The position numbers and the translations under genes are program-made. A stretch of 64,000 nt of DNA, taken from Candidatus Latescibacterota bacterium. GTDB taxonomy: Bacteria; Latescibacterota; UBA2968; GCA-2709665. Each line of letters opens with the position of its first letter. Within the stretch, counting starts at the first letter, position 1. The notes under the pieces are model-generated. The model made no database searches and had not been told where the DNA came from. It saw nothing but the letters and a program-made list of their open reading frames with translations. This document shows, in pieces, positions 8,526-19,900 of this stretch. The stretch covers positions 5,696,001 to 5,760,000 of the forward strand of contig OZ244744.1 in NCBI GenBank assembly GCA_965219455.1, read 5' to 3'.

Positions 8526-9875
8526 ATGCATATCGACCTCCGGTTTCTGGATACAGGCAAGGCCATCCGGGATCCCATCTGGGGGCATATCCACATTCCC
8601 CAATATCTGGTGCCGCTCGTTGACGCCGAGGAATTCCAGCGCCTGCGAGACATCTCCCAGCTTGGCCACGTGCTTCTTGTGTATCCTGGCGCACGCCACT
8701 CCCGATTTGAACACTCTCTGGGAGTCTTTCATATTGCCGGACAGTTTCTTCGCCAGCTTCTCCAGGCTGATCCACCGCTGGACATCACGATTGAAGACGT
8801 ACGCGTACTACTGGCGGCCAGCCTGCTGCACGACATTGGTCACTACCCATTCTGCCATGTGCTCGAAGAAATGCAGATGTTTTTTACTGACCACGAGGAA
8901 CGGGGCCGGCAGATCATCCTGGACCCCTCCACCGAAGTCAACTGCGCCTTGTTACGGGCGGAGACCGACCCCCTTCGGGTGGCCAACGTAATCGACTATC
9001 GCAACGAAAACGTGGTCATTCCCGATGAAGACATGCAACTGGCGCACATTCTGAGTGGTACACTCGACCCGGATAAAATCGACTATCTCCTGAGAGATGC
9101 ACGCTATTGCGGGGTGCCTTTTGGCGAATCTGTCAACCGGGACCGCTTGTTGGGTTCGATCACGTGTGATCCGGAGGGACAGCGGCCCGCAATCACCTAC
9201 AAGGGTGTCTCGGCGGTGGAGGCCCTCATATTCACCAGTTATCTGATGTATCGCAACGTCTACTGGCACCACGCCGTGAGGTCGGCCAATGCGATGTTCA
9301 AACGGGGCGTTCAGGATCTGCTGCACCACCCCGCTTCCAGCCTCGGGGAAGGAGACTTCAACCGGGCGACGGAAGCCGACCTGATTCATCGCCTGGAACT
9401 GGAGATGGATCGGTTGGGTATCGATCGACGAAACAGCATGATAGGGCGCCTGAAACGCCGCAAACTCCACAAAGTTGCCCGAATCTTTTTCCCTCACGAG
9501 AGAGAAAAGGATCTTACCGCCAAACTTGAAAGGCTGTATTACCACCCGGCCGACCGTCGGAAACTCGAAATCGACTTATGCAAGACATTCGGCGTGAAGA
9601 CCGGGCTCAGACTTGAGGGCAACGAAATCCTGATCGATATTCCCCGCCTTGGAAAAAGCCCCGAAGTAGACCTGAATGTCTACTTCGGGTCCCACATCCC
9701 GGTCGACAAAGCCGACCCTCTCCGGTTCGATGACCCGGAAGTCTCCATGCTCAAGGAATATTTAATTGGCAATTTTGAAACGCAGGCCAAGGTCGTACGT
9801 GTCTTCTGCGTCGATCGCCCGACTCTCAAAGAAGCGCTTAGGACCGAGGTGATCGACCACATCAAGTCAGCTTAG
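8526..9875 (+). CDS. HD-domain phosphohydrolase (SAMHD1/dNTPase-like)
   Basis: IRDPIWG, FQRLRDISQLG, HSRFEHSLG, LLHDIGHYPF.H, DPDKIDYLLRD and VYWHH motifs. Confidence 0.9.
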   Translation: MHIDLRFLDTGKAIRDPIWGHIHIPQYLVPLVDAEEFQRLRDISQLGHVLLVYPGARHSRFEHSLGVFHIAGQFLRQLLQADPPLDITIEDVRVLLAASLLHDIGHYPFCHVLEEMQMFFTDHEERGRQIILDPSTEVNCALLRAETDPLRVANVIDYRNENVVIPDEDMQLAHILSGTLDPDKIDYLLRDARYCGVPFGESVNRDRLLGSITCDPEGQRPAITYKGVSAVEALIFTSYLMYRNVYWHHAVRSANAMFKRGVQDLLHHPASSLGEGDFNRATEADLIHRLELEMDRLGIDRRNSMIGRLKRRKLHKVARIFFPHEREKDLTAKLERLYYHPADRRKLEIDLCKTFGVKTGLRLEGNEILIDIPRLGKSPEVDLNVYFGSHIPVDKADPLRFDDPEVSMLKEYLIGNFETQAKVVRVFCVDRPTLKEALRTEVIDHIKSA

Positions 9876-10216
9876 CGAACAACACGGCGCCAGCGGCAAT
9901 CCGCCCCGCCCGCCGGTCGGTATGTCGCGTTGCGGGTCGAACTCTGCGCTTGACGTCGCCGACATGCGTCTCCCTTCCAGGGGTAGAGAAAACACAAGAT
10001 CCGTATGACGTTACTTGAGTTCGACCGCTCCAAAGCTCCCAATGGCATCCTCGATTCGTACATGCAATCACGGGTGCTGGTGTTGCGTCTGATTCAAATC
10101 AGTCGAGTTTTGCCTTGACATAAACACGAAAAAGTCCTTTATTTTCGGACTGGTCGGCTAGGTGTCAGACGCAATGTACCTTTAACAGTAAAAACCACTG
10201 ACGAAAGGCGCTGTCT

Positions 10217-11191
10217 ATGTGGAAGAGAAACCTGACGCTAATGGTCATACCCCACAATAGAGACCGGATGCGTCAAGTCAGGGCCTCTCGTCCCACCGTT
10301 TGGGGGCTTGGGGCCGCATTGCTGTTTGGATGTCTTACCCTCGCTGTCGTCTTTTATGCATTGGGGTATTTTGTAAACCGCCATCAGGAGACAAAACTTC
10401 TGGCTTTGACGTCTGAAAACTCCGTACTCAAACACCAGGTCAACCGGTTGCAGCATAGAGTCGAAGGATTGCGGGAAAACGTAAACGACCTTACGGAAAT
10501 GGATCGCATGTTCCGAACCTGGGTCAACCTGGCCGAACCGGGAGACGAGGTGCGGAAAATGGGTGTGGGCGGATATTACACGGGTGAACCGGATTGGGAA
10601 GGCCGGGTGACTCAGGACATTGGCGAGCGGCTAACAAGAGCATATACGGATGTGGACCAACTCTTGCGAGAAGCCCGTTTTCTGGAAGCCAGTTACGAGC
10701 ATATTGCCTCCATCCTCAACCAGAACGAGATCGCCCGCCTGCATACCCCTGCCATACTCCCGGTACCGCCTCAGTCAGGTTGCTGGATTTCTTCAGGCTT
10801 CGGCTATCGAACCAATCCCTTTTCCGGCGACAGGCAGTTTCATAGAGGCATAGACATCGCGGGGCGGTCCGGTACAAAGATTCTCGCCACCGCCAACGGT
10901 CGGGTGGAATCTGTCGGCAGAGACAGGCAACTCGGATGGTTTATTTCCGTTGACCATCCCCCACACTATCGGACACTGTACGCCCATTTGTTGGAGAAAC
11001 CATCGCTCGGAGAGGGCCAGATCGTCAAACGCGGGCAGGTGATTGGCAGAATGGGCAGGTCAGGGCGTGCGACGGCGCCGCATCTGCATTATGCCGTGAA
11101 GAAGAAGAGTGGGGAGAAAGAACTTGCGGTAAATCCTCGCAAATTCATTCACAGTCGAAAGAGCCCGAGAAATCGGCTTTCGCGATACTAA
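10217..11191 (+). CDS. M23 family metallopeptidase with N-terminal TM helix and coiled coil
   Basis: ISSGFGYRTNPF, HRGIDIA, TLYAHL and SGRATAPHLHYAV motifs. Confidence 0.92.
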   Translation: MWKRNLTLMVIPHNRDRMRQVRASRPTVWGLGAALLFGCLTLAVVFYALGYFVNRHQETKLLALTSENSVLKHQVNRLQHRVEGLRENVNDLTEMDRMFRTWVNLAEPGDEVRKMGVGGYYTGEPDWEGRVTQDIGERLTRAYTDVDQLLREARFLEASYEHIASILNQNEIARLHTPAILPVPPQSGCWISSGFGYRTNPFSGDRQFHRGIDIAGRSGTKILATANGRVESVGRDRQLGWFISVDHPPHYRTLYAHLLEKPSLGEGQIVKRGQVIGRMGRSGRATAPHLHYAVKKKSGEKELAVNPRKFIHSRKSPRNRLSRY

Positions 11192-11273
11192 TTGGTCTTC
11201 CGAGTAGAAATCCCGTAGTGAGGCGCATCGACAATGCGTCTTTTGTTTTTGTGCGTCCAGTGGTATGAATCCT

Positions 11274-12344
11274 CTACCTCCGGGTTCGCGCAAGCAGGCC
11301 AACGCCCAGACTCAAAAACAGGATATTGGCCGCCCAAGCGCTCCACAATGGTGGCAGTATGCCGTTCCAGCCCATCACCCGCCCGGCCTGAATGCACCCA
11401 TAATACACAAACGAGATCAATAAACAGATACCCACGAGAAGGGGCTTGCCCGCGCCTTGGGTTCGGGAAGAAAGGGAAATGCCAAATAACACCATCACGA
11501 ACCCGGTAAACGGGAACGACAGACGCATGTAACGCGCGACCCGGACCCGAACAACGTCATCCCCCATTCTCCTTTTGCGCAGAATAAGGGTGGTGAGTTC
11601 GGAAAAACTCAACTCATCCGCAGAGCGAACGTCCCGGCCCAGATCTTCGGGCCTCAGTGTGATATCGCGCGCAGGCATCGCCGTGAATTTGATTACGAGT
11701 TCTCCTCCGTCTGTTGAAAACTTCCGCACTTCGCCCCTGCGAAACGTCCACCCCCCGGTCTCCCACTCCATCTCTTCGGCGCGCAGTTTCTCGACCAGAC
11801 GCACTCCGTCATACCTGTCCAGCGTCACCTGCGTCCCGCGCGCTTCATTTCGGAAGTAGGTGCCAACCGAGAGGATTTGCCCGTTTACGTCCTGCAGGAC
11901 AACCTGCGAGACGATGGGTGCGAACACGGCTCGACGTTTTCCCTGAACAACAGCCGCACGTTTCCGGTTTGCGCCCGGCATCACCGTGTCGGTCAGGAAG
12001 AATGATGCCGCACAGGCTATAAGAGCAGCCGCCAAAACCGGCGCGGCAATATTGTAAAGCGAGATACCCGCGGACTTCATTGCGGAAAGCTCTCCGAAAC
12101 GTGCGAGATTGCCGAAACAGAAGAGACTGGCCAGCAACATCGCCATGGGCAAAATCAGAATTCCCATATAGGGAATGGAGAGCGCGTAATACGAGACAAT
12201 CGTGCCAACGCCCACCCCTCTGTCTATGAAGCCACTGAGTCGGCCGGCCAGGTCCACAACCACAAAAACGGCCAGGAATCCTGAAAAACACAGCGCAAGG
12301 TATACGAAGAATTGCTTCTGTACGTATCGGCTCAAGATACGCAC
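11274..12344 (-). CDS. lptG: LPS export ABC transporter permease LptG
   Basis: GTG start after GGAGG (MRILSRY); GELSAMKSAGISL; C-terminal LPPLWSAWAAN; overlaps the end of lptF. Confidence 0.85.
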   Translation of the reverse strand: MRILSRYVQKQFFVYLALCFSGFLAVFVVVDLAGRLSGFIDRGVGVGTIVSYYALSIPYMGILILPMAMLLASLFCFGNLARFGELSAMKSAGISLYNIAAPVLAAALIACAASFFLTDTVMPGANRKRAAVVQGKRRAVFAPIVSQVVLQDVNGQILSVGTYFRNEARGTQVTLDRYDGVRLVEKLRAEEMEWETGGWTFRRGEVRKFSTDGGELVIKFTAMPARDITLRPEDLGRDVRSADELSFSELTTLILRKRRMGDDVVRVRVARYMRLSFPFTGFVMVLFGISLSSRTQGAGKPLLVGICLLISFVYYGCIQAGRVMGWNGILPPLWSAWAANILFLSLGVGLLARTRR

Positions 12345-13630
12345 GGTCTCGTCCTCCACAGACCGAAACGCCACTCGAGCAAGGTACCGAATACCAGCCA
12401 CGAGCCGCATGAGAGAACAATGAAATTTGGGCTCCACATGGCAGCCCACGGCGGCACGTATCCGCGATCGGCCAGCGTTTCTCCGCTGATCAGACAGAGC
12501 CACCACAGAAGAAAAAAACCTATGCTGATTCCTGCCCCGACAGCGGGGCTACCCCCGCGTACCCGGATGCCGAGCGGCGCGCCGATTAAAATGAAGACAA
12601 TGCATGCAACAGGAATCGAGAGCTTTTTGTGGATCTCAACCCGGTACCGATCCGCCTGCCGGAGTTTGTGATTTCGAATTTCGCTGTCGGTTCGGAACTG
12701 CATGGCCAGGTGCGCGATCATCCCGAAAGGTCGGCGTACCGTGTCGGGCTCAAGAAGCAGACGTCTCAATGCGGCACCCACGCTGTCAGCGGCTTCGGCC
12801 TGCAGGGCAGCCGCTTCCTGCTGATAAGCGTTCACGCGGTCCATCATCGCACCCAATCCCATCTCTCTGTCCGTCCGGTAGTGCGACATGGTGCGAATCA
12901 GCTGCCGGCCGGCTTCTCCAAGCCGCAGGTTCTTTTTTTTGAAACGGGCTCGTATGTAGACATCCGGATCTGCCTGATCCACCCGATGCCACTCTCCGTG
13001 CTCCAACGTCACCAGCGCTTCGTCACTTTCCCTGTCAATTCGAATCCGGCCGGTTTCGGCGGCAATGGATACCGGATAACCGCCCGGTTCGTATTTATAA
13101 ATCAGGACATCCTTTAGAATCGAAGTCCGCCTGTCGATATCGCCTATCAGAATCCTGTAGTTGGCGAAATCCTGAATGAAAACACCGCTCCGGTCCTCCA
13201 GGGCGACAGCGGGGCGTTTTCGCTGAATGTCCCCCATTAGCAACCGGGCCCGATAGTTGAATTCCGGCAGTACCTGGTCATTGAAGATTACCAGCGCGAG
13301 TGCGAGCGTGATGCCAGCCAATAACACCGGCCAGATCACACGGAAGATTCCGATGCCCAGCGCATGCATGGCAGAAATCTCACCGTCGGCGCTCAGTCGT
13401 CCGAATGCCATCAGGGTGGCAACCAGTACCGCCATTGGAACTGCCAGGGCAATCATCCAGGCGGTATTCAAAAGAAACAACTCCAGAACAACACCCGGTG
13501 CAATTCCCTTACCCAGCATCAGATCCATCTTCTGCAGAATCAGGTCAACCACCAGGAGAAACATAATGACGGAGAAGCCGAATACAAACGGCGCGACATG
13601 CTCCTTAAGCACATATCCGGACAGCACCAT
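12332..13630 (-). CDS. lptF: LPS export ABC transporter permease LptF
   Basis: FGRLSADGEISAM, VEIHKKLSIPVAC and AMWSPN motifs. Confidence 0.88.
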   Translation of the reverse strand: MVLSGYVLKEHVAPFVFGFSVIMFLLVVDLILQKMDLMLGKGIAPGVVLELFLLNTAWMIALAVPMAVLVATLMAFGRLSADGEISAMHALGIGIFRVIWPVLLAGITLALALVIFNDQVLPEFNYRARLLMGDIQRKRPAVALEDRSGVFIQDFANYRILIGDIDRRTSILKDVLIYKYEPGGYPVSIAAETGRIRIDRESDEALVTLEHGEWHRVDQADPDVYIRARFKKKNLRLGEAGRQLIRTMSHYRTDREMGLGAMMDRVNAYQQEAAALQAEAADSVGAALRRLLLEPDTVRRPFGMIAHLAMQFRTDSEIRNHKLRQADRYRVEIHKKLSIPVACIVFILIGAPLGIRVRGGSPAVGAGISIGFFLLWWLCLISGETLADRGYVPPWAAMWSPNFIVLSCGSWLVFGTLLEWRFGLWRTRPCVS

Positions 13631-13914
13631 GCCACGTCTCCTGGGAACCGCGTGTTTACAAAAGCGTTAAAGATCCAGGCACCGGAAGACGCCGGAATAT
13701 ACGGGTTTTTTTTTCCCACGGAAGCCCTTTCTCATCACATCACAGGATCCGGGATCTCGATCCTTCTTCTTAACTCACTGTTTCTGTTTGTCTTATTTAT
13801 GGATCTTCCGGTTCGGATTTTCCCTTGATCTTTAACACGGGGTTCGGTATTATTAGTCTAACTCTTAACCTCTACGTGTGGTCCCGCCCCGGAATAAGAC
13901 TTTCCAATTCACGT

Positions 13915-16900
13915 ATGCACACCCCATACATCTCCAAAGCTTCACGAAGGGGATTGACCCTCCCGCTGCCTACGGTCATCGCTTGCATTCTCAGCACGTG
14001 TCTTCTGGCCGATTCGGATACCCTCCGCGCCGAACCGGGTATTCAACTCTCTTTCGGAAAGACACCCGCACACGTCTTCCATCGTTCTCCCGTCAAGCTG
14101 ACTTATTCCAGTTCCACTGCCTTTCAGCCGCTTTTTCGGCAACGGCGCCAGTTCACCCAGACGGTCACCCGCCTGCTGAACACGGATACCGGAACGCTGA
14201 TGGTTTATCGAGCCGCCGGCGACGTGGTCCATGGCATACCAGCGGTCATCACCCTGAAAAGCCTATCCGCTTACAAATTCGATGCTGATTTTGGTCGCGT
14301 GGCCGCAGAAAAACTCAGCGTGCCGGCACAAGCTCGCCGGGGCGTGGGTAGTGCACTGGTGGATATCAAGATACCCGTCAAAGTACCCAAGGCGCTCAGC
14401 GTAATTGCCGGCGAAGGCGACACCAATATCAAGATTACCGGATCCCGGCGCATCGATCTTTCCGGCGTGAATACCACCGTGGGTGGACAGGCCCAGACCG
14501 TTCGCGCACGGGCAGCCGAAGGCTTTACCGTCAATTTCGAGCAGCAATCCCAACTGAACGTGCAGGGCACCATCGGTGACCGCATTACGCTGAACCTCCA
14601 ACAGGACAGCCGCGGTCAGACCGATATCAGCGAATCGCTTCAATTTCGTTACGACGGAGACGAAGACGACATTGTTCAAGAAATTGAAGCGGGCAGGACC
14701 TCCCTCAGCCTGCCCGGCACCCGCCTGGTTGGCTTCAGTTCATCCAACCGAAGCGGGCTTTTCGGAATCAAGGGCCGCGGACGCCTGGGCGGATTGGACG
14801 TGACGGTGGTCACCAGCCACGACAGAGGCGCCAGCAACCGGAAATCCTTCCAGGGACAGGCAGAGGAGATCGCACATAGAATACGAGACTACGATTACGA
14901 AGAGAATCTCTACTTTTTTCTCGACCACGTGTATCGCCAGAGTTTTCCGGACGAACCCACCCGGCCGGATCTGGTGGACATTGGCTCTGTCCGTGTTTTC
15001 CTGAACGACTTCAACGATCGCAACGACATCGAGGAGCGCGCCGGACGCGGGGTTGCCTTTGCTTTCTGGACCGCCGGACCCATTCCAGAGCCCGACGCCA
15101 GCGTCAATGGCGAGCAGAGCGGGGGCATTGAAGAGGGGTTTTTCCACGAACTGGACCGCTCCGAGTTTCTGGTCGACGCCAGAGGATATCTGATCATGAC
15201 CCGTCGGAATATTCCACGAGGTCACACCCTTGCGGTCGCATACCGGACGGCCGATGGTCGGGTTTTCGGCGACCTGAATTTTATCCAGAACCCCTCAAAT
15301 CCGGATGCCAAGATCAGACTGAAACTCATTCACGCCCGACAGCAACGGCCGGAATTTTCAACGTGGGATCTGGCGTGGCGAAACGTGTATTACCTGGGAA
15401 GCCGCGACATCGAGCCGGAGGGCTTTGAACTGGAGGTCCTCAGAGATGTGGCCGGTCAGGAGGCGGTGGACAACCAGCGTGGCACGCCGTACCTCCGGAT
15501 CTTCGCCCTGGACAGACACACCAACGGCTCCTCGGAATCCTCGCCTCCGGACAACCTCATCGATATCGACGGCGGCACAAATCTGCCCGGACTTAATCTA
15601 CGCACAGGCCACCTGATTTTTCACGATCTGGAGCCATTTGGTGAACGCGGTGTCGGTGCAGAGGCGCTGTCAGACGACGCCCGGGTGCCCGAAATCTACA
15701 ACACCACCAATAACACCACACGCGCCCAAAAAGGACAATATTTCCTGCGCATCCGATCCAAGAGCAGGGCCACCACATTCAACCTGGGTTTTGGCCTGAT
15801 CGAGAACAGCGAAGAGGTTCTGCTGAACAACCGTCGCCTGACCCGTGGGCGGGACTACAACATCAAATATCAAATCGGCTCAATAGAGTTGGTTGGAGAG
15901 GCTGCAGACCTTGCGGCCGACCCTTCCGCCAACCTGGTGATAAATTACGGATCCAAGAGCCAGTTTGGTTTCGGAGGCGGGCAGAAAAGCCTTGTTGGCC
16001 TTCGGGCGGAACACCCGTTCAAGGACAACGTTTCGATGGTGGGAATAAGCCTGCTGTACGGTAGCGAAAGCGCCAACACTCAACGGATTCGCGTGGGCGA
16101 CGAGCCGGCCCGGACCCTGATCTGGGATATGAACGGCAGGTTCCGTTTCAAGCCACAGATCCTCACCGACTTCGTCAACAAGCTGCCGTTTATCTCCACA
16201 CAGGCGCCCTCGGCGTTTAACGTCGACATGGAAATCGCGCAGAGCCTGCCCAACCCGAATACGAAAAATGTAGCGTACATTGATGATTTTGAAGGCGCCG
16301 AAAGCAGAAAATCGTTTTCCACGTTTAAATTCGACTGGTCCGCCGGCAGCTCCCCAAACCGGAACGGTCTCCAACTTTCGATGCCAAGGGGACGCCTTAC
16401 CTGGTACAATCTGGTGGACCGAGACCGCATTTCCGTCTACGACATACAGCCTGGGCGAGACGATATTCCCGCGGAAAGCAGCATCGTCGACGATGTTCTC
16501 AGTATCCGATTCGAACCCCATCGCACCAACGGTTTTCCTGAGACCTCACGGAACCCCGCCGGAGGCCTCCCGGAAAACTCCTGGGCGGGCGTTACGAGGT
16601 GCCTGTTTGGCATGGACTTCTCACGTTCCAAGTTTATCGAACTGTGGATCAGGGGGAATTCGGGACGGCTCCATATCGATCTCGGTGAAATCTCCGAGCG
16701 GGCCGATCTGCTGCTCGACCACGCAACGTTTAATGCACCGCCGCCCGGTCAATTTCGCACCGAAGACCGCCCCCTGCCCGGGTTTCCCACGGGCGACGAC
16801 GTTGCCATTCCGGAAGAGGACATCGGCCTGGACGGCCTGACCGACGCCCAGGAAGATTCGGTCTTCCGCCTGATCTTCCCCGGCGTTACCGTGCCCGACG

Positions 16901-19900
16901 ACCCGTCGGACGACAACTTCAAGGACGTGGACCTCAACCAGGAGAACCTTCGCTTCCGGTACCCGTCGGGTGTGAACGGCACCCAGAACAACAATCCCGA
17001 GCGGGAACAGAGGCCGGATTCCGAAGACCTGAACCAGAACGGCATCCTGGACAGCCGTAACCATTACCTCCACTATAACGTCGATCTGGCATCCGATCGG
17101 GGCTGGAATGCGATGACGGGCGATTACGACGGACCTTCCATGCTCGTCGTGGGCAGCCAGTCGGATCCTTCCGACCGTCCCTGGAGGTTGTTGCGCATCC
17201 CATTGCGCGGCAACAATGCCCCGCGCACCGTCGAAGGCAATCCGGACACGACCTTCGCCGGCGTATTTGATTTTGCGAGAATCTGGATCGAACACGACGA
17301 CACGACCTCGCTCGACATCTACACACTTGCCGTGGTAGGAAGCGACTGGCTCGAAGATGAAACCCCCGAAGGACAGCAATCGGGAGACTTCAGAGTGGCC
17401 ACCATCGGTACCGACAACCAGGTCTATGAACTTCCGCCGGGCCTCGAACGGGAGACCAACCCGCAAACGGGAAGACAACTCCTCGAACGGTCACTCGTTC
17501 TCCGATTTGAAGACCTCTTTCCCGGCGAGAGCCTGACAGCTTCACGAACCTTTACGGAGGGGCAAGATTACACGCGATACGGTCTGATGACCATGTTCGT
17601 CCACGGCGGCAATCCCACGCAACCCACTTACGATGCCAATTTTCCCGCCGGACCCGATTCAACATCCGGAAGCTTCAGCCCGGTTGAACTGTTCGTAAAA
17701 TTTTCACCCATCGGTGAAGATACGCTCAACTTCTACGAGTACAGGAAGCCCATCTACCGGGGCTGGTCGCCAGAAACCAATACATTCAAAATCGAACTCG
17801 ATGTCCTTTCGCAGATCAAAGGAAAACTCACGGACCTGAAGGCCACGGGCCAGGCGTCCGACACCCTGCGCCTTTCCCTTCCAACAGACGAGATCCTGGC
17901 CGACTATGACAGAGAAGCCAATCAGATACGCGCAGACGTACACGGCGCCATATATACCGTGCGGGGCAACCCCGCGCTTTCAAAAATCAAGTCGTTCGTG
18001 ATCGGCGTCAGCAACGGGGGAGAATTTCTTCTGGAGGGAGAAAACGAGATCTGGCTGGATGAACTTCGTGTCGATCGAATCCGAAAGAAAAATGCCGTAT
18101 CCATGTTATTGAACGTACAGTCCACGCTGGCAAATCTGGGCAACGTGACCCTGAACCTGGAACGCCGGAGTGGCGACTTCCAGGATCTTCAGGGGCGCTC
18201 CACGGGCAATTCGACGACACAAATCAGCCTGAATGGTTCGCTGAATCTGAACAAATTCCTGCCCGATCAGTGGAACACCGCCATTCCGATGCGATACAAT
18301 TATCTCCGCAACGGTTCCGTTCCCCGTATTCGACAGGGTTCGGATATCGTCTTGACTGATCAGCAAAAATCCAAGGAGAGCGCGGTCCGCGCTTCGTCCC
18401 GGTTCAATGTCTCCATGCGCAAACGTCCGGCAACGCAGAACCCTCGCTGGATCGCCCGGCTCTTTTTCGACCGGATCAATGCGTCTCTGAACTTCCTGAC
18501 CAACAGCGCGGTCAGCGGCGCCATCACGCGGCGCCGGTCCAACAACGATCAGAATTTCAACGGTAGCTTCAGCTATGACGTCAGCTGGCCCACACAGCAG
18601 GGATTGAAAATCCTCAATTGGGTTCCGCGTTTGGGTTCCTATTTTCAGGAAGTCCAATTCTTCTACCTTCCGTCAACCCTTCGCTACAACCTGCGTTTTG
18701 ATCGTAAGAGCATTAACAGACGTTCCTTTTCCGCCGTTGAAGGCGACACGTCGGACGTCATCGCTGTATTGAACGAAACCTTCAACCTTAACGAGAGTTT
18801 CGTTGTAAAACTGACACCCTTTCGAAGCGTGAACGCCAACTATTCCCTCGCGGTGAACCGTGATCTCCGGAATTCATTCGATTTCTCCAAGCTACAGTTC
18901 GGCCGCGAAACCACGCGAAGTCAGAAAGTGGGCTTCAACTTCACACCTCGCGTTTCCAAGTGGCTCAGCATCAACACCGACTACTCTTCGGGCTATCGTG
19001 AGCGGCTTGAAACCGGGAGCCAGCGGATTTCCATTGGCAACGAACGCAGGGGTCTCACCGTGGGCAACAGCAGCCGTGTTGGCGCCCGATTCAGCCTGAA
19101 CCTTCCAGGTCTTTTTCGCCCTCTGGCCCGTCCATCGAAAGGCCAGGCCGGGTTTTCGGTAATCCGACTTATCGGCAGGCTGGGCGGAGCGCTGGATGCC
19201 GTACAGGTCAACGCCTTTCGCACTCGCCAATTTAATCTTTTTGGCCTGAGGCGTCGACCTGCGCTAAGATTTCAACTTGGCCTCACCGACACCACGATGT
19301 CGCCTCGTTACAGATCCGGGGGCGTTACACGCGTAAATACCAGAAACATCTCCGACAATGCCGATATCAAAGGCGCTGTCCGCCTGCCTGCCGGATTTCG
19401 AGGCTCTTCCGGGTTAAATTTTAACCATACCAGAAGTTTTGGCAACGCCAATAAGGAAGAACAGAAACTGGAGTTTCCCAATTTTTCAGCGCAGTGGAGG
19501 GGACTTGGGGAATTACCTGTCTTAAGGTGGATCTTCACCAGTTCCAATCTCAGCTTTAATTACAAGTCAAATCGTATCTTTCGGGGCGACGGCGGCCTGG
19601 GTGATAACGTCCTGACAAACGATACACGCAGAACGGAGTTCCGGCCCCTGATACGGTGGCAGGCCCGATGGAAGAACAAAATGTCAACGAATTTCAGTAC
19701 AAACCGCAGCCGACAGAACGACCTTCGTTACCAGCGCAACGTGGCCACCGACAGCACCGTCACACAGCCGACGCTGGAGGAGCGGCTGATTGGAACGACC
19801 ATAACCGAAACGTCTCAATTCACGGCATCCCTCAGATACTCACTGAGTTCGAAATTCTTCAGTAAGATGCAGAGCAACCTCGACCTCACCGTCGAGTACG

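Noticed and set aside
13706-13714. T9 homopolymer in the lptF-sprA intergenic region as a phase-variation tract
   Set aside because: It is short, not clearly within a promoter spacer, and there is no evidence of length variation.
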